Below, piece after piece: positions 38,902 to 50,800 of a stretch of DNA of 64,000 nucleotides. How positions within the stretch are numbered: position 1 is the first letter of the stretch; each line of letters starts with the position of its first letter. Origin of the DNA: a virus; IMG/VR virus record IMGVR_UViG_3300010157_000047, positions 1 to 64,000 of that record, one strand, 5' to 3'. The position numbers were made by a program, and so were the translations under genes. The notes beneath the pieces are model-generated. The model had not been told where the DNA came from, did no database searches, and was given only the letters and a program-made list of their open reading frames with translations.

Positions 38902-39674
38902 ATAATGAAATAATTAAAATATTTTATAATAGAGCTAAATTAATACAAAATTTAGATAAAATAGTTCTTAGCAGCAAAAAGAATAATCAAAATGATGGTC
39001 AACTTAGTTTATTTCAAGAAACAAATGTTAATGTTGAAATATCCCTAGATGAGCCTGAAGATTTCAATGCACTTAAAATGGCTGATGCTGAAAGAAATGT
39101 ATTAGGTTTTGATATGTTATATTCTAGATTTGATGAATATTTCTCAATAAAATGTAAATATGCAAATGGAAATATGGCATTATTATTAGATGATGAAATG
39201 GATCATAATATTACATTGTTAGCAGAAATAAAGCTAATAGAATATAAAACAAGTCAATATGGCAATAAATATGCTAAATTAGTATTTTCCGATAATACTG
39301 GAGAAGATAAATTATATTTATTTGGTAAGTTATATGAGAAAATGATTGCTAAATGTTTTTTAGATAAAATATATTTATTAACATTAAAAAAGTCTGAAAA
39401 AGATTCTAGTAAAATGGATATAGTTAATTTTATGCTAGCAAATGATATTGATGATGCATGCATATCATCCAAAAACTTATATGTAACTACGACATCAAAT
39501 CACCTCCCACAATTAAGGATGTATTTAAAATGCTTTATGATGGGAGATGATCAAGATGTAAATATTAAATTAACAGATTTAAATATTACAATGCCATCAG
39601 TATGTAAATGTTCTGTTAATAATGAGAATTTATTAGAAATGAGTAAAAATGGATTTGAAATACAATTAAGATAA
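38898..39674 (+). CDS. Stand-alone C-terminal region of DNA polymerase III alpha (clamp motif, OB fold, CTD), no catalytic domain
   Basis: NRAKLI...GQLSLF...ERNVLG...Y; OB fold KT..GNKYAKLVFSDNTG...LFGKLYE. Confidence 0.75.
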   Translation: MNNEIIKIFYNRAKLIQNLDKIVLSSKKNNQNDGQLSLFQETNVNVEISLDEPEDFNALKMADAERNVLGFDMLYSRFDEYFSIKCKYANGNMALLLDDEMDHNITLLAEIKLIEYKTSQYGNKYAKLVFSDNTGEDKLYLFGKLYEKMIAKCFLDKIYLLTLKKSEKDSSKMDIVNFMLANDIDDACISSKNLYVTTTSNHLPQLRMYLKCFMMGDDQDVNIKLTDLNITMPSVCKCSVNNENLLEMSKNGFEIQLR

Positions 39675-39679
39675 TAAAA

Positions 39680-40111
39680 ATGTATAATATAGAAATAATT
39701 AAAAAAGCAGGTGAAATGAGTTCTTTTAGTAATTCAGACATTAAATATTTAATATCAATGCTAGATGGGGCAAAGCAAATACTGTATCCAGAAGGACTAG
39801 AAGAAGATGAATCATTTGAAGTAGCTAAATACAAGCCAAATTCTTTATTAGATTTTTTCGAAGAATTTTGTGAGGAAGTTAAAATTGAACCATACAGAAT
39901 GAAATCGTTAGTTAGGAATAGAATATTAACTGATCATAGATGCGTATTTGTTGCATTAGCAACTAAATTATTTAAAAATTCAACTCAAAATGATATAGCT
40001 AATTTAATATCAAGAGATAGGAGTATGATTCCAGCTTATATGAAAGAGGTTAAATCATGTCATGAAAAGCGACAATTATATAAAAAAATAAAAAGATCAA
40101 TGAATTTATAA
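39680..40111 (+). CDS. DnaA domain IV-like HTH protein
   Basis: MKSLVRNRILTDHR..FVALA......TQNDIANLISRDRSMI (cf. S..R.R.I...R....IG..F.RDHTTV). Confidence 0.65.
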   Translation: MYNIEIIKKAGEMSSFSNSDIKYLISMLDGAKQILYPEGLEEDESFEVAKYKPNSLLDFFEEFCEEVKIEPYRMKSLVRNRILTDHRCVFVALATKLFKNSTQNDIANLISRDRSMIPAYMKEVKSCHEKRQLYKKIKRSMNL

Positions 40112-40121
40112 TCATAATAAC

Positions 40122-40490
40122 ATGAAAAATTTAACAAGTATTTTACTGGCCGCATTGATTATGTTAAGTTGTACTGATTCAATGCAATATATATTAAAGT
40201 CAGATACAACAACAAAAATTCTTTTTGTAGGATCAAAATCAGTAGCTTTAAAAGGTACAATGTCTGGCAAGATTAGCTGTGTAAGAGGATTTTTAATATC
40301 AAGATACAACATTCCAACATTTAGAGATAAAGAAATTCAAATAGAATGGTGTAATGATGGAATTGATGACTTTTCTAAACTTATAAATCTTGAACATGGA
40401 ATAACTTATTTTGCAGTTTCATTTTGTTACTACCCAAGACATGCTGATGATGTTTCATATGGAAATGCAGTATATTTTAAAACTAAATAA
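40122..40490 (+). CDS. Lipoprotein with FN3-like domain
   Basis: Lipobox MLS-C; NLEHGITYFAVSF...SYGNAVYFKT. Confidence 0.6.
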   Translation: MKNLTSILLAALIMLSCTDSMQYILKSDTTTKILFVGSKSVALKGTMSGKISCVRGFLISRYNIPTFRDKEIQIEWCNDGIDDFSKLINLEHGITYFAVSFCYYPRHADDVSYGNAVYFKTK

Positions 40491-40493
40491 ATT

Positions 40494-40712
40494 ATGGCAC
40501 AAATATCAATAGTAAGAAAAGCTTTAAAGGAAGAATGTGGTACATATTTAAGTAGAAATGACCTATATCGGGCATTATGCGATTATAATACTAATAAATT
40601 AAATATAGGACTAACATTAGGTAAATTAAATCAATTATTAATAGATAAAAAAGATGAAATGTGTAAATTTTCAGATTTTATAATTGATGAATTTGAGCCT
40701 ATATACAAATAG
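40494..40712 (+). CDS. Hypothetical protein
   Basis: 72-aa last ORF of the plus block. Confidence 0.5.
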   Translation: MAQISIVRKALKEECGTYLSRNDLYRALCDYNTNKLNIGLTLGKLNQLLIDKKDEMCKFSDFIIDEFEPIYK

Positions 40713-40740
40713 AAAAGGGGGGCTCAACCCCCCCCTAATT
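40711..40740. terminator. Terminator hairpin at the convergence of the two blocks
   Basis: G6-ctcaa-C8 stem; on the minus strand it is followed by UUUUCU. Confidence 0.75.
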
Positions 40741-43700
40741 TATTGTTTATTTTGAATTACTCCAGCTGCTCTATCTTCTATTTTATATAAAACATTTATT
40801 ATTGGTAATGTTCTAGCAAATTTCTTTTTAACAGATTCATCATCATAATATGAATTTCCCTCAAGATGTTTTATAAATCCTTCTCCAAATTTTTCATAAT
40901 CCACCATGATTCCAAGTGCAGGAATTAAGTTATCAGTAGTAGTCTTAAATGACATTGGATTCATATAAAATGTTATATCTTGAATTATTTTATTTGATGT
41001 ATTAAGCATCATATATTTCCATTTTTTAGATTCTTTATCATCATCATCCATTGATGCAGATATCAACAAATATGCACTCATTAACAATAGCAATGTTTTA
41101 AATTCATACAGTTGCTTTCTGACATTAGCCATAAATAATTTCTTATCCTTACCTAGTAATTTAATGCCATCAAATGAAGATTCTCCTTGGAATAATAATA
41201 ATTTTAAAAATACTTTAGATAATTGAGTTGTGCCAGATATAAATCCTTCTTTATTTACAAAATTATATAATGTTCTGTAGGTACCTTCAAAATCACGTTC
41301 TAGTACCCCTAATTCACTTCTAGGCGCAAATCTGGCATACACACCATCTGCAAGCCAAGATAGCCTATATTGAGACACTAGTCTACCTAATGCATATCTT
41401 TTGATTGCAGGAGAAGTTTCTTTTGACATATTACCATAAAGTAATTGACTTACAAATTTGGATTTACTAATAAATGTAGACATTTTTCTATTGCCAACTA
41501 ATGATTCTGGCCTAGCACCCCAATCTTCATCAACGCCAAATTCTTTTTCATTCCAGCTTCCATCTGCATTAAATGCCTCAATAAGACTTCTTTCCCTTCC
41601 GGTTAAATCTTCAACTTTTTGATTATGCATCATTGCATCTAAAACTCCAAGACGAAGTATGTAATCACCTTCACTAAGCCATCCCATAGGAGATAGTGCA
41701 CTAACATTGAATCCAGCATTATTTGAATCACCACCATAGTGTTCTGGCAATAACCCATATCTCATGCCCAAGTTATATAATTTATTATTAGATCTCCCAG
41801 ATGAGTTTACAGTGTTTTTAAGAGACTTTGTAGCATGCATTATACCATTGATAGCTTCATTAGGAGTAAACTCAGTTCTACCAGCTGCATGAGACATAAT
41901 TTGAACTATTCCTGAACCAATATTAGCTACTGCTGGAAATGGATTATATGCAAATACCTTATATGCACCAAATGTAATTAATCCATCAACGATCTTAGAG
42001 CCTACAACATTTTTACCTAAATTATCTAAAAATTTATTATAAATGCTTGACTTATAATTAAAATCTTCTTTTGTTATATCACCATTATCATGAGAAAATT
42101 CCATGTCATCTAAAATTTTTACCATATTTTTATAGGCAGTTTTTTCAGATTCTACTGTAACTAATGATGGATACTCTTTGACTATTTTAATAACAGCAGC
42201 TTCTTGTCCAAACTTAGAAACTAAATCATTAAATTTCTTAATAATAACAATAGCTTTAGCTGGATCAGCAACAGATATCATTTTTTTAGTTGGATCAAAT
42301 ACTTTCTTTCCAGATACAGCTTCTTTCTCACTACTTTTATTGTATAAAACATTATTTAATACATGATCTATTAATTTTTTTAAATTAGTAAGATCATTTT
42401 TATTTTTAACATTTTTATTTGATGCCGCAACGTCTATCGTTCCATCAGCCCTAAGAACATTTTCGTGCATATTCTCAACCATATTCTTTATAAGCAATGT
42501 ATAATCTTCTATGGCAGATAGATGTTTGTGTGCAATAGCCATTTTTGAAAATTCAATTAAACTTTCTTCAAGATTATCACTTTTGTAATCTGCACTTATA
42601 TCTTTTAAATATCTTACTGGAATAATGTTTCTAGGATTGCCATTTTCATCAAGATATTGCAATTGCATTCCATTGCCAGATGTTATTGATTCAATAAGAG
42701 TTTCAGACATAGAAGATGGAATACCTTTCATTCCATTTTTAAGCATACTGGCCATCATTCCTTTTTTAATATTAGGAATAAATGTTCCATCTATTTTAGT
42801 AGATGCATATCCTGGCAAATAAGCTAAATGCTTTGCAAAAATATCAGCATATTTATTATAAAATCCAAGCATAGTTGGATTTGATTTTACATTTAGATCA
42901 AATCTATTGTCATAATTTCCAAGACTATTATTATTTTCATCTACTCTCAATGGAACTTCTGTAATATATTTTGATATAGTATTAAATGTTCTTAAATCAT
43001 CAAGACTATCTCCATTATTATAAACATAATTATGATATTCTATTGGAGATGTGTTTTTAAGATTTTCATCAATAAATACAATGGATTCTTCAGCATCCTT
43101 ACCATTGGCAACATTTTCTTTTTCTTCATCTATTAAATTATTATGAAGATCTTTCCAGTTATTATACTTTTCAACTGCTTCTTCGATTAATAAATCAGAA
43201 TAATTTTCATCATCAGTAATTTCAACTAATCTTGCCTTAACTTTTTTCTTTCCAGCCTCAGTAAGACAGTCTTCTGGATTAATAGTATAAACATTATTCT
43301 TTATTGCAGAAGATTTTTTCTTAATTTCTTTTAATAGTAAAACATCAGTATTTTCAGCTTTACTGTATTTGATTTTATTTATTTTTTCTTCAAATTCTTG
43401 ATCAAGCTTTTCTTTAAAATTATAATATGTCTTACTATATCTAGCAAGCATATTACCATCCCATTTGCCATCATCATCGATTGATAATAGATCTTTAAAA
43501 CTTAATCCATTATCTTTTAAATCTTTAAATAGCTGCCTAATTTCATTTGCTGTTCCAAAAAACTCATTAGTAGATCTTTGACTAGCAGAACTTAAAAATT
43601 TATGCAATAAATTAACTACTGGTTTCCCTGTATAATGACCAAGTCCTCCAAGAGTCTTTCCTCCATATGATGAAATATCTGATTCATTTGATAAATTTCT

Positions 43701-44873
43701 ATCTGGAATTATTAAATCGTATAAATCTTTACCTATATTTTTTATAAAAGATGGAATTACTTTTCTATGAAGATAATCAAAAGAGGTATTATAAGATTTT
43801 CCCTGAATAGCTAATATACCATCCAAAGTCTTTTTATCAAGTGTCATTTTTTTCTCAAAGAAATTTCCTAAATTTTGCCACATAGAAATAGCACTACTAG
43901 CAGCTAATAATTCTTCAGCTCTAGGATTTTTAGAATAAATTATTGAATTTATCCAAGATGCACTTTTATCATATAGCTCAGATAAATTTTTTATTGTTTT
44001 ATTTTTAAATAAATTATATAATTGAGATCTTAATTCATGTAAATTTTTTTCATGATTATCAAGTTTTTTACTTAATTCAGCTATTCTATCTATTCCTTCT
44101 TGGCTTTTTCCAATAGATTTCATCTCATTGTTAACATCAGAAATTCTATTTTCCAATTTGCTAATTAATGATTTTAAATCATCAGATCTTGATTTTATTT
44201 TTTCAGCAATGGTTCCAATAGCACTTCTTAAATTTACGTTAATCGGAGAGTCTGTAAAAAATGCATAATCATCATCAAATATATTATCACCATATGCATC
44301 TCTTAAGTCAAATCCATCATCAAATATATGATCTGAAATGTAATCTAAAGGATCTTCAAATTCTAAATTTAAATCATCTTCATATATAGGCTCTTCGTTT
44401 AATGTACTTTCATTATATACTTCTTCATTTAAATCAGAATATTCGCTAGAAGGATCATAATCATCTATATCATTAGATTCATTTTCAACCCCCATATCAG
44501 GATCCTCAATAATTTCCTCATCTTCAGGCTTCACATTACCTTCTGAATATTTATAGCTTTGATTTATAAATTTTTCACCAAAATTAATATTGAAATTTAA
44601 TAGCATAAGATTACTACTATTATTCAATATCATTTTTTCATTTGCAACATCATTCCCTAATTTATAATAATGATTTTCACCATTGCTTAAATTATAATCA
44701 TCTAGCTCCCTGATTAATTGCAATGCAGTATCTTTATTTATGCTAGCTGAAATATCAAATTTCTTAATAATAGGAGATATTATATTTAAGTATTTTTTAA
44801 TACCTTCTTCTCCATTATCAGTAATAAGCTTTTTTAGCGTAGAATCTTGAATATTATTTATTTCGCATGCCAT
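40740..44873 (-). CDS. Large virion/ejected (cargo) protein
   Basis: 1377 aa, helical, next to virion RNAP, hydrophobic C-terminal helices. Confidence 0.7.
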   Translation of the reverse strand: MACEINNIQDSTLKKLITDNGEEGIKKYLNIISPIIKKFDISASINKDTALQLIRELDDYNLSNGENHYYKLGNDVANEKMILNNSSNLMLLNFNINFGEKFINQSYKYSEGNVKPEDEEIIEDPDMGVENESNDIDDYDPSSEYSDLNEEVYNESTLNEEPIYEDDLNLEFEDPLDYISDHIFDDGFDLRDAYGDNIFDDDYAFFTDSPINVNLRSAIGTIAEKIKSRSDDLKSLISKLENRISDVNNEMKSIGKSQEGIDRIAELSKKLDNHEKNLHELRSQLYNLFKNKTIKNLSELYDKSASWINSIIYSKNPRAEELLAASSAISMWQNLGNFFEKKMTLDKKTLDGILAIQGKSYNTSFDYLHRKVIPSFIKNIGKDLYDLIIPDRNLSNESDISSYGGKTLGGLGHYTGKPVVNLLHKFLSSASQRSTNEFFGTANEIRQLFKDLKDNGLSFKDLLSIDDDGKWDGNMLARYSKTYYNFKEKLDQEFEEKINKIKYSKAENTDVLLLKEIKKKSSAIKNNVYTINPEDCLTEAGKKKVKARLVEITDDENYSDLLIEEAVEKYNNWKDLHNNLIDEEKENVANGKDAEESIVFIDENLKNTSPIEYHNYVYNNGDSLDDLRTFNTISKYITEVPLRVDENNNSLGNYDNRFDLNVKSNPTMLGFYNKYADIFAKHLAYLPGYASTKIDGTFIPNIKKGMMASMLKNGMKGIPSSMSETLIESITSGNGMQLQYLDENGNPRNIIPVRYLKDISADYKSDNLEESLIEFSKMAIAHKHLSAIEDYTLLIKNMVENMHENVLRADGTIDVAASNKNVKNKNDLTNLKKLIDHVLNNVLYNKSSEKEAVSGKKVFDPTKKMISVADPAKAIVIIKKFNDLVSKFGQEAAVIKIVKEYPSLVTVESEKTAYKNMVKILDDMEFSHDNGDITKEDFNYKSSIYNKFLDNLGKNVVGSKIVDGLITFGAYKVFAYNPFPAVANIGSGIVQIMSHAAGRTEFTPNEAINGIMHATKSLKNTVNSSGRSNNKLYNLGMRYGLLPEHYGGDSNNAGFNVSALSPMGWLSEGDYILRLGVLDAMMHNQKVEDLTGRERSLIEAFNADGSWNEKEFGVDEDWGARPESLVGNRKMSTFISKSKFVSQLLYGNMSKETSPAIKRYALGRLVSQYRLSWLADGVYARFAPRSELGVLERDFEGTYRTLYNFVNKEGFISGTTQLSKVFLKLLLFQGESSFDGIKLLGKDKKLFMANVRKQLYEFKTLLLLMSAYLLISASMDDDDKESKKWKYMMLNTSNKIIQDITFYMNPMSFKTTTDNLIPALGIMVDYEKFGEGFIKHLEGNSYYDDESVKKKFARTLPIINVLYKIEDRAAGVIQNKQ

Positions 44874-44875
44874 AA

Positions 44876-47800
44876 TTAACTACATTTGGTTTTAAATATA
44901 TTATGATTTAATGCATATCTAAAGGATTCTCTTTCTATCTGACTTGCTTTGCCCAAGAAATCTCTTACGGTTCCAGATAATCCCTGACTATTATTTTCTT
45001 CTATTGATTGATATTTTGATGAAATATCTTTTTTTATTATATCTTTCTTTTTAGAATCTCTAGTATCCATTAATTCACTAGTAAGTAACATATTTTGAAG
45101 CATTGCAGCCTCTAAGATACTTTTTGAATTAACACTATCTCCATTAAAAAATTTAACTATCGAATCAAAAAATGATGAAAATTTAGAAAATAATGTTTCT
45201 AATAAAGATTTATTTTTTTTAACTTTTAATTCTTTATATGTTTCATCTTTAAGATATACATTATTCATTAATTCTTGAATATGCTGTCTTGATGATAGTT
45301 CAGATATAAATTCTTCAGGACTAATAAACATATATAATGATCTTTTAAGTTCGGCTTTAGCGTCTTCATCAGAACCATATAAATCCGCAGCTATCTCAGA
45401 TATGGAATTAGTTGATTTTCCACTTTTCAATTTATATTTTATCTTACCTTTTTTTACAAAAGTACCATAAATTAATTGATTACCTTCATATTCAAGAATT
45501 GATCCATTAACAGGATTTACAATTGGCAATTCAGAAACAGCATCTGTTGCATCTGAAAATATCTTATCTACACTATTAGCTATTTCGGCAAATTGCTTAT
45601 CACCACTTTTCCCTAAATTATAAGATTCAACCATTATAGCATGATGAATTTCATGCAATAAAGTTTCTTTAGCAAAATCAATAGACCCTGTCTGATCCGT
45701 CATTTTACTAAGCATTTTAGTATAAATTATTATTTGCTTTTTACCCTTAGTTATATTAAATTCTGCTATATCTCCAGATTCTTTAATTTCATCGCTATGA
45801 ATCACATTAATATCACCTATTTTATCTGATAATTTATCAATAATGGCAGACATCCAATCTGAATATGTAGTGCCAATTTGCCTTATAATTGGCACTAAAG
45901 AACGGATATTAGATTGTTCTGAAAGCATCTTTAAAAAGAATGTTTTTGCTATTGTAAAATCTTCAGAAAAAGAATCTATATCAGTTGTTCCACCAATATA
46001 ATATTCTTTTGATATGTTGTCAGATACATAATCTGAAAAAAATGAATTATCAAATAATTTTCCAGATTGCTTTAATTTATTTTCTGCCATTATCTTAGCA
46101 GAACCCCTGAGTATTGAATGATCAGATTTTGTATAATATGCAACATATGATCCACCATCTTTTGCATATCCACTATACACATAAATATTATTATGTTTTG
46201 ATTTCTCTGAACTTTTAATAAAAAGAGGTATGTTTGCTAATGAAAATTTAGGACCAACAGATACAATATATTTACCAATTTTATCATTAAAATTAGATGG
46301 CATTGATTTAAATTTCACATCTTGATTTGATACAAAGGAATTTATTTCATGTTGATATTGGGGATTATTTCGATAAAATAAATTAATAAATTCATTTACT
46401 GATGCATCTGAATTATTTTCATTTACTTTTTTAGCTAATTTATTGTAAAATTCAATATCATTTAATATATCAGTAGGTATTATTTTTATAAAACCAGATC
46501 TTGTCTTATTGCCATTAGTTAATAATTCATAAAATATAATACCTTGTGCAATTTTTCTAATTTTTTCATCTTGACTCTTAGCCATATCATAAAATCCATC
46601 AATTGCAGCTTCCATATCTGCATTATTTATCATGTCTGCATTAAATGATATATGAGTATTAGATTTATTTATTGATATAGATCTAATAAATTTATTATTT
46701 TTATATTTATTATTTTTTTGCAATAATCGAACATCTCTAGCTAAATATTTACCAAGCTGATTTATATTTGCCTTAACACCATATTCCTCTGTTACTACTT
46801 TTGTGAATATATAAGTTTTATATCCATCTATTGCAGATGATACAAAATTTGAATAATCATTTGAATTCATTTTATTGTATGCAGACAATTTACTTATAAT
46901 TGATTTTATTGCAGGATCATCATATCCCATTACGCTATCAATTTCATTAACAACGCCTTTTGCTGTTGCTAAATTATTTCCAGTAGTATTTAATCTTCCA
47001 TTTAATGTTTGAGTATATTTTTGACTATTCGCTAATCCTAAATTGTTATTTCCATGATTTATAGATTCCAATAATTTAGAATTTGCAATAGAAGATGTTT
47101 TAAATTCCCTGTCAAATGAAGTATTATTATTAAGTGCAAATATTTTTTTTGACATTTTCGATAATGGCATAAATATATTATCAATTATATCAATTTGCTT
47201 TGTCAAATATTCTAATTTCTCATCATATAATGCATCTACGTTTCCAAGTAATTTTTGTCCTAAATTATATATTTCAAATAATTCAGATTCATCATAATTT
47301 AATGATTTCATCTTATCAGAAATACTTTGCGCATCAGAAAGTTTTACCCCCAATTTATCAGCAAGTTTCTGTTTTGCACGTAATACTGATTGACCTATTT
47401 CTATATTTTTAATTTCACTAATTATTCCTTTAGAATTTGATTCTATTTTAGAAGACATTTTAACTATCTCCTGATTAAGGATAGCTGGAACATATTCTAA
47501 TGATAATGAATTATTTTGATCATCAGATAATATCATTAATGTTGCAGCAATATTGAATGTTAAATCATTTAGTCCATTAGGAATTAAGTTTCCATTTTTT
47601 GCATTATCAATTGATTCAGATAATAATATTACAATATTACGCAAAGAAGTTCTTTCTTCATCGCCTATTGTTGATGTTGAATATGGATTAATTAAATGCA
47701 ATTCTAAACCATTTGATCCTCCTGGAGCCCTTAGTTTTTTAATTGATTTTTTAGGGTCAAATTTTATATCTTTTCTATCTGCAAGAATAACTGATGACAT

Positions 47801-50800
47801 TAATTTTGCATAAATATCTATTCCGCTATTTGCAGATTGCTGAAGTCTGTACTCTTCATTTTGTCGTGCTATAGAGTACCAAGGAGACTTTGGATTTATT
47901 GAGAAATACTTATTACCAGTATTCTTTAAATCAGGTGCATCTAGAGCTTCTAATGCACTTTGAGCAACTTCTGGATGGCTAAGTACTGATTCAAAAATTT
48001 GAATATAATCATTTTGCAATGCTTTTTCAACTACTGTATTAAAATCTGGTTTATTTTCATCTTCAAAATTATCATTAATGAAAGAATTTACATTATCATT
48101 ATTTATAATAATATCACCATCTTCAGTGTATGAGATAAGATTTGATGGAGTACCTACCAATCTATTATCTTTTGTAAGAAATGAATTTCTCCAATACTGA
48201 TACAATTTATCAATATCAAAGTCGGCACCTGTTTGAGTTACAATTTCTTGAGGAACAAAACATACAGTGCCCATTAATTTAGGGGAAAATCCAACTATTT
48301 GAAATAGCACCTGAGATTGATGAAGCTGATTTGGAAGCCTCATACCAATTATTTTAAGTAATTCTGGATCTATTTTATTAACATCCTCAATGCTAAGTTT
48401 TCCACCCATTGATACAAAATCAAAAGGTACAATTATTTCAGCTGTTGCAGTTGTGACTAATTCTCCATTTTCCATTGTTTTAACAGTTGTATATCCAAGA
48501 GGTTTGCTAGCATCCCTTCCATTTAACCATACAACGTCATTTCCTGCCTTTGAAGACATAACCTTAACTTTGCCTCCACCAACCAATGAAAATTGAGGAT
48601 TTGCCCTTCCAGGACGATCTAATTTAATTGCATCTCCATTAGCTGAAAATAAAAATTGTTCAATCAACTTTCTTCCATGTGACCATAGGAGAGGCAATCC
48701 ACTTTTATTTACAGATACTAACGAATGGGCCTCATTATTAGATACACCAGAATCAGCCTTGATTGACCTATCTACAATGCTATCAATATCATATTTTCCA
48801 TCAATTTTAAGTCTAGCATCAATATTAGCTTTAGCCCTTTTAGATAATTCAATATTTATGGCATGCTTTATATTGTCAAGATTTTCTCCGCTTATTGCAT
48901 TGGATCCATTGAAATCTTTAAAATTAAAAACCTTATCATATAAGCCTCCAAGTATTGATTTATCAGCTTGCACTACATTGGTAATATATTCATCTCCAAA
49001 GTGAGTTGGAGTTTCTTGTTGATAACCAAAGCTTGACCACGGCAATTCTTCTGAGCTTTGAGATATTTTTTCATATATAGATTGAACAGTTGATCCAGTG
49101 ACAAAATTAGATTGTTTACCATATATTTTAGCAGGAGTTTGTAATCCCTGCTTAACTGCTGATGCGTGAACTATTCTACTAATATGAATGTCTTTAGATG
49201 GATCTTCATTGTAGCCTACTTCCATTGCAGCACGAAGATTATCTAAGTCTTCATTTATTGATTTTGTAAATTGAGCTAATAATGGAATTTCAGCTGATTT
49301 TATAAATACTTTGCTAACAACAGACTCTGCACCTATAGATTTAACTAAATGTGCAACTTGTCTAGGCTTCCCTGCTCCAATAAATAATTTACCAATATAT
49401 TTGTCTGCAACTGTTCCATCTGCTTGATATTGTCTTCTCATTAAAATAAAATCTTTTTCATTAATCCTTCCAGATCTAAATAAAGATTCTAATTTATTGT
49501 AAAATGAAACATATTCCATTCCATCAGTTCCTTTTCCAGTATATTGTTTTATTTGTTTTTGGAATTTTTCTGGCAATGAAGACAAATATTTTTCACCATC
49601 AGTCAACGCATCTTCAATAAATGAAACTTTATAATTTTGCTTTCCAGTAATTACTAATCCATTTTTTAATTTTATTTCATATGTAGAAACAACATCTGTT
49701 GCAGGAGATATATCAGCAGATAATCGTTTTTGATATTCATTCATAAACGAATCTATTGCCAAATTAATAGATAGCCCATTAACATCAGCTACATTCATTT
49801 CTTTCAAAACTTTTTTGACAGCTGATACTTTGCTCTCAAGAGACTGCTGTGATGTTGCAGGATCAGATGAGGCTATAATCCCCATATTACCCATAACAGA
49901 AAAAGTATTCATATTAGATTCAATAGACAATACAGATAAAACTCTTAGCATTTCATCATTAAAAGCGGTATTGCCAGATAATGTTTTTAATGCCATAGAT
50001 ATTTTTCTAGACTGCTTTGTATTTGCTCCTGAATTTTCCAATAGCTGCAATGTACGAAATGGATTAAGTAGCTTTATATCATTTTCAGGAATATTTAATA
50101 TTTTAGATAAATACGAATAATCTTCATCCGAAATTAATTCTGATTTTTTAACTAATTGATTTGCTGCTTCTCCTGATGCATCATCTAATTGAGACTCATC
50201 TATTTGAGATTCATCAAATTCAATTTCATCTTCATTTACAGTAGCATTTGTTTTAGATTTTTTTGTTATGAAAGGAGCATATCCTTTAGAGACTCCCCAT
50301 TTATAATTTATTAAATTAGTAAACATTTTTCCTTTTCCTGCAACAACTAATCCATTTGCCTTCCAAGAAGAAATATCTGTGCTTATTGATTCTATAAAAT
50401 TTTTATATAATGCTTCTTTAAATAAAATTTCATTTGTTGAATTAGATAAATCTAATTTCTTAAGACCTTTTTCACTTATTGTTCCATCTGCATTTCTATC
50501 TATCAATGAATTTAAAGATGCCATTGAATAAAAAAACTGAGAATTATAAATATAATTTTTACCAAATATTCTTTCTAACTCTTTTGCTTTATTTTTATAT
50601 GTTGTAGTGTTAGAATTATCTTTATTTGTTACAGCAAAAATCATTCTGTCAATTTCTGCAGCAATAACACTCATTGAATCATGCATTAAATCACTTTGCA
50701 TAATCCTAGCTTTAGCTCTAGGTGATATTATTAAATTACCATTATCATACGATATAAAATCTGTAAGTGCAATTTTATTTCTTTCAGCTTCTATTGTATA

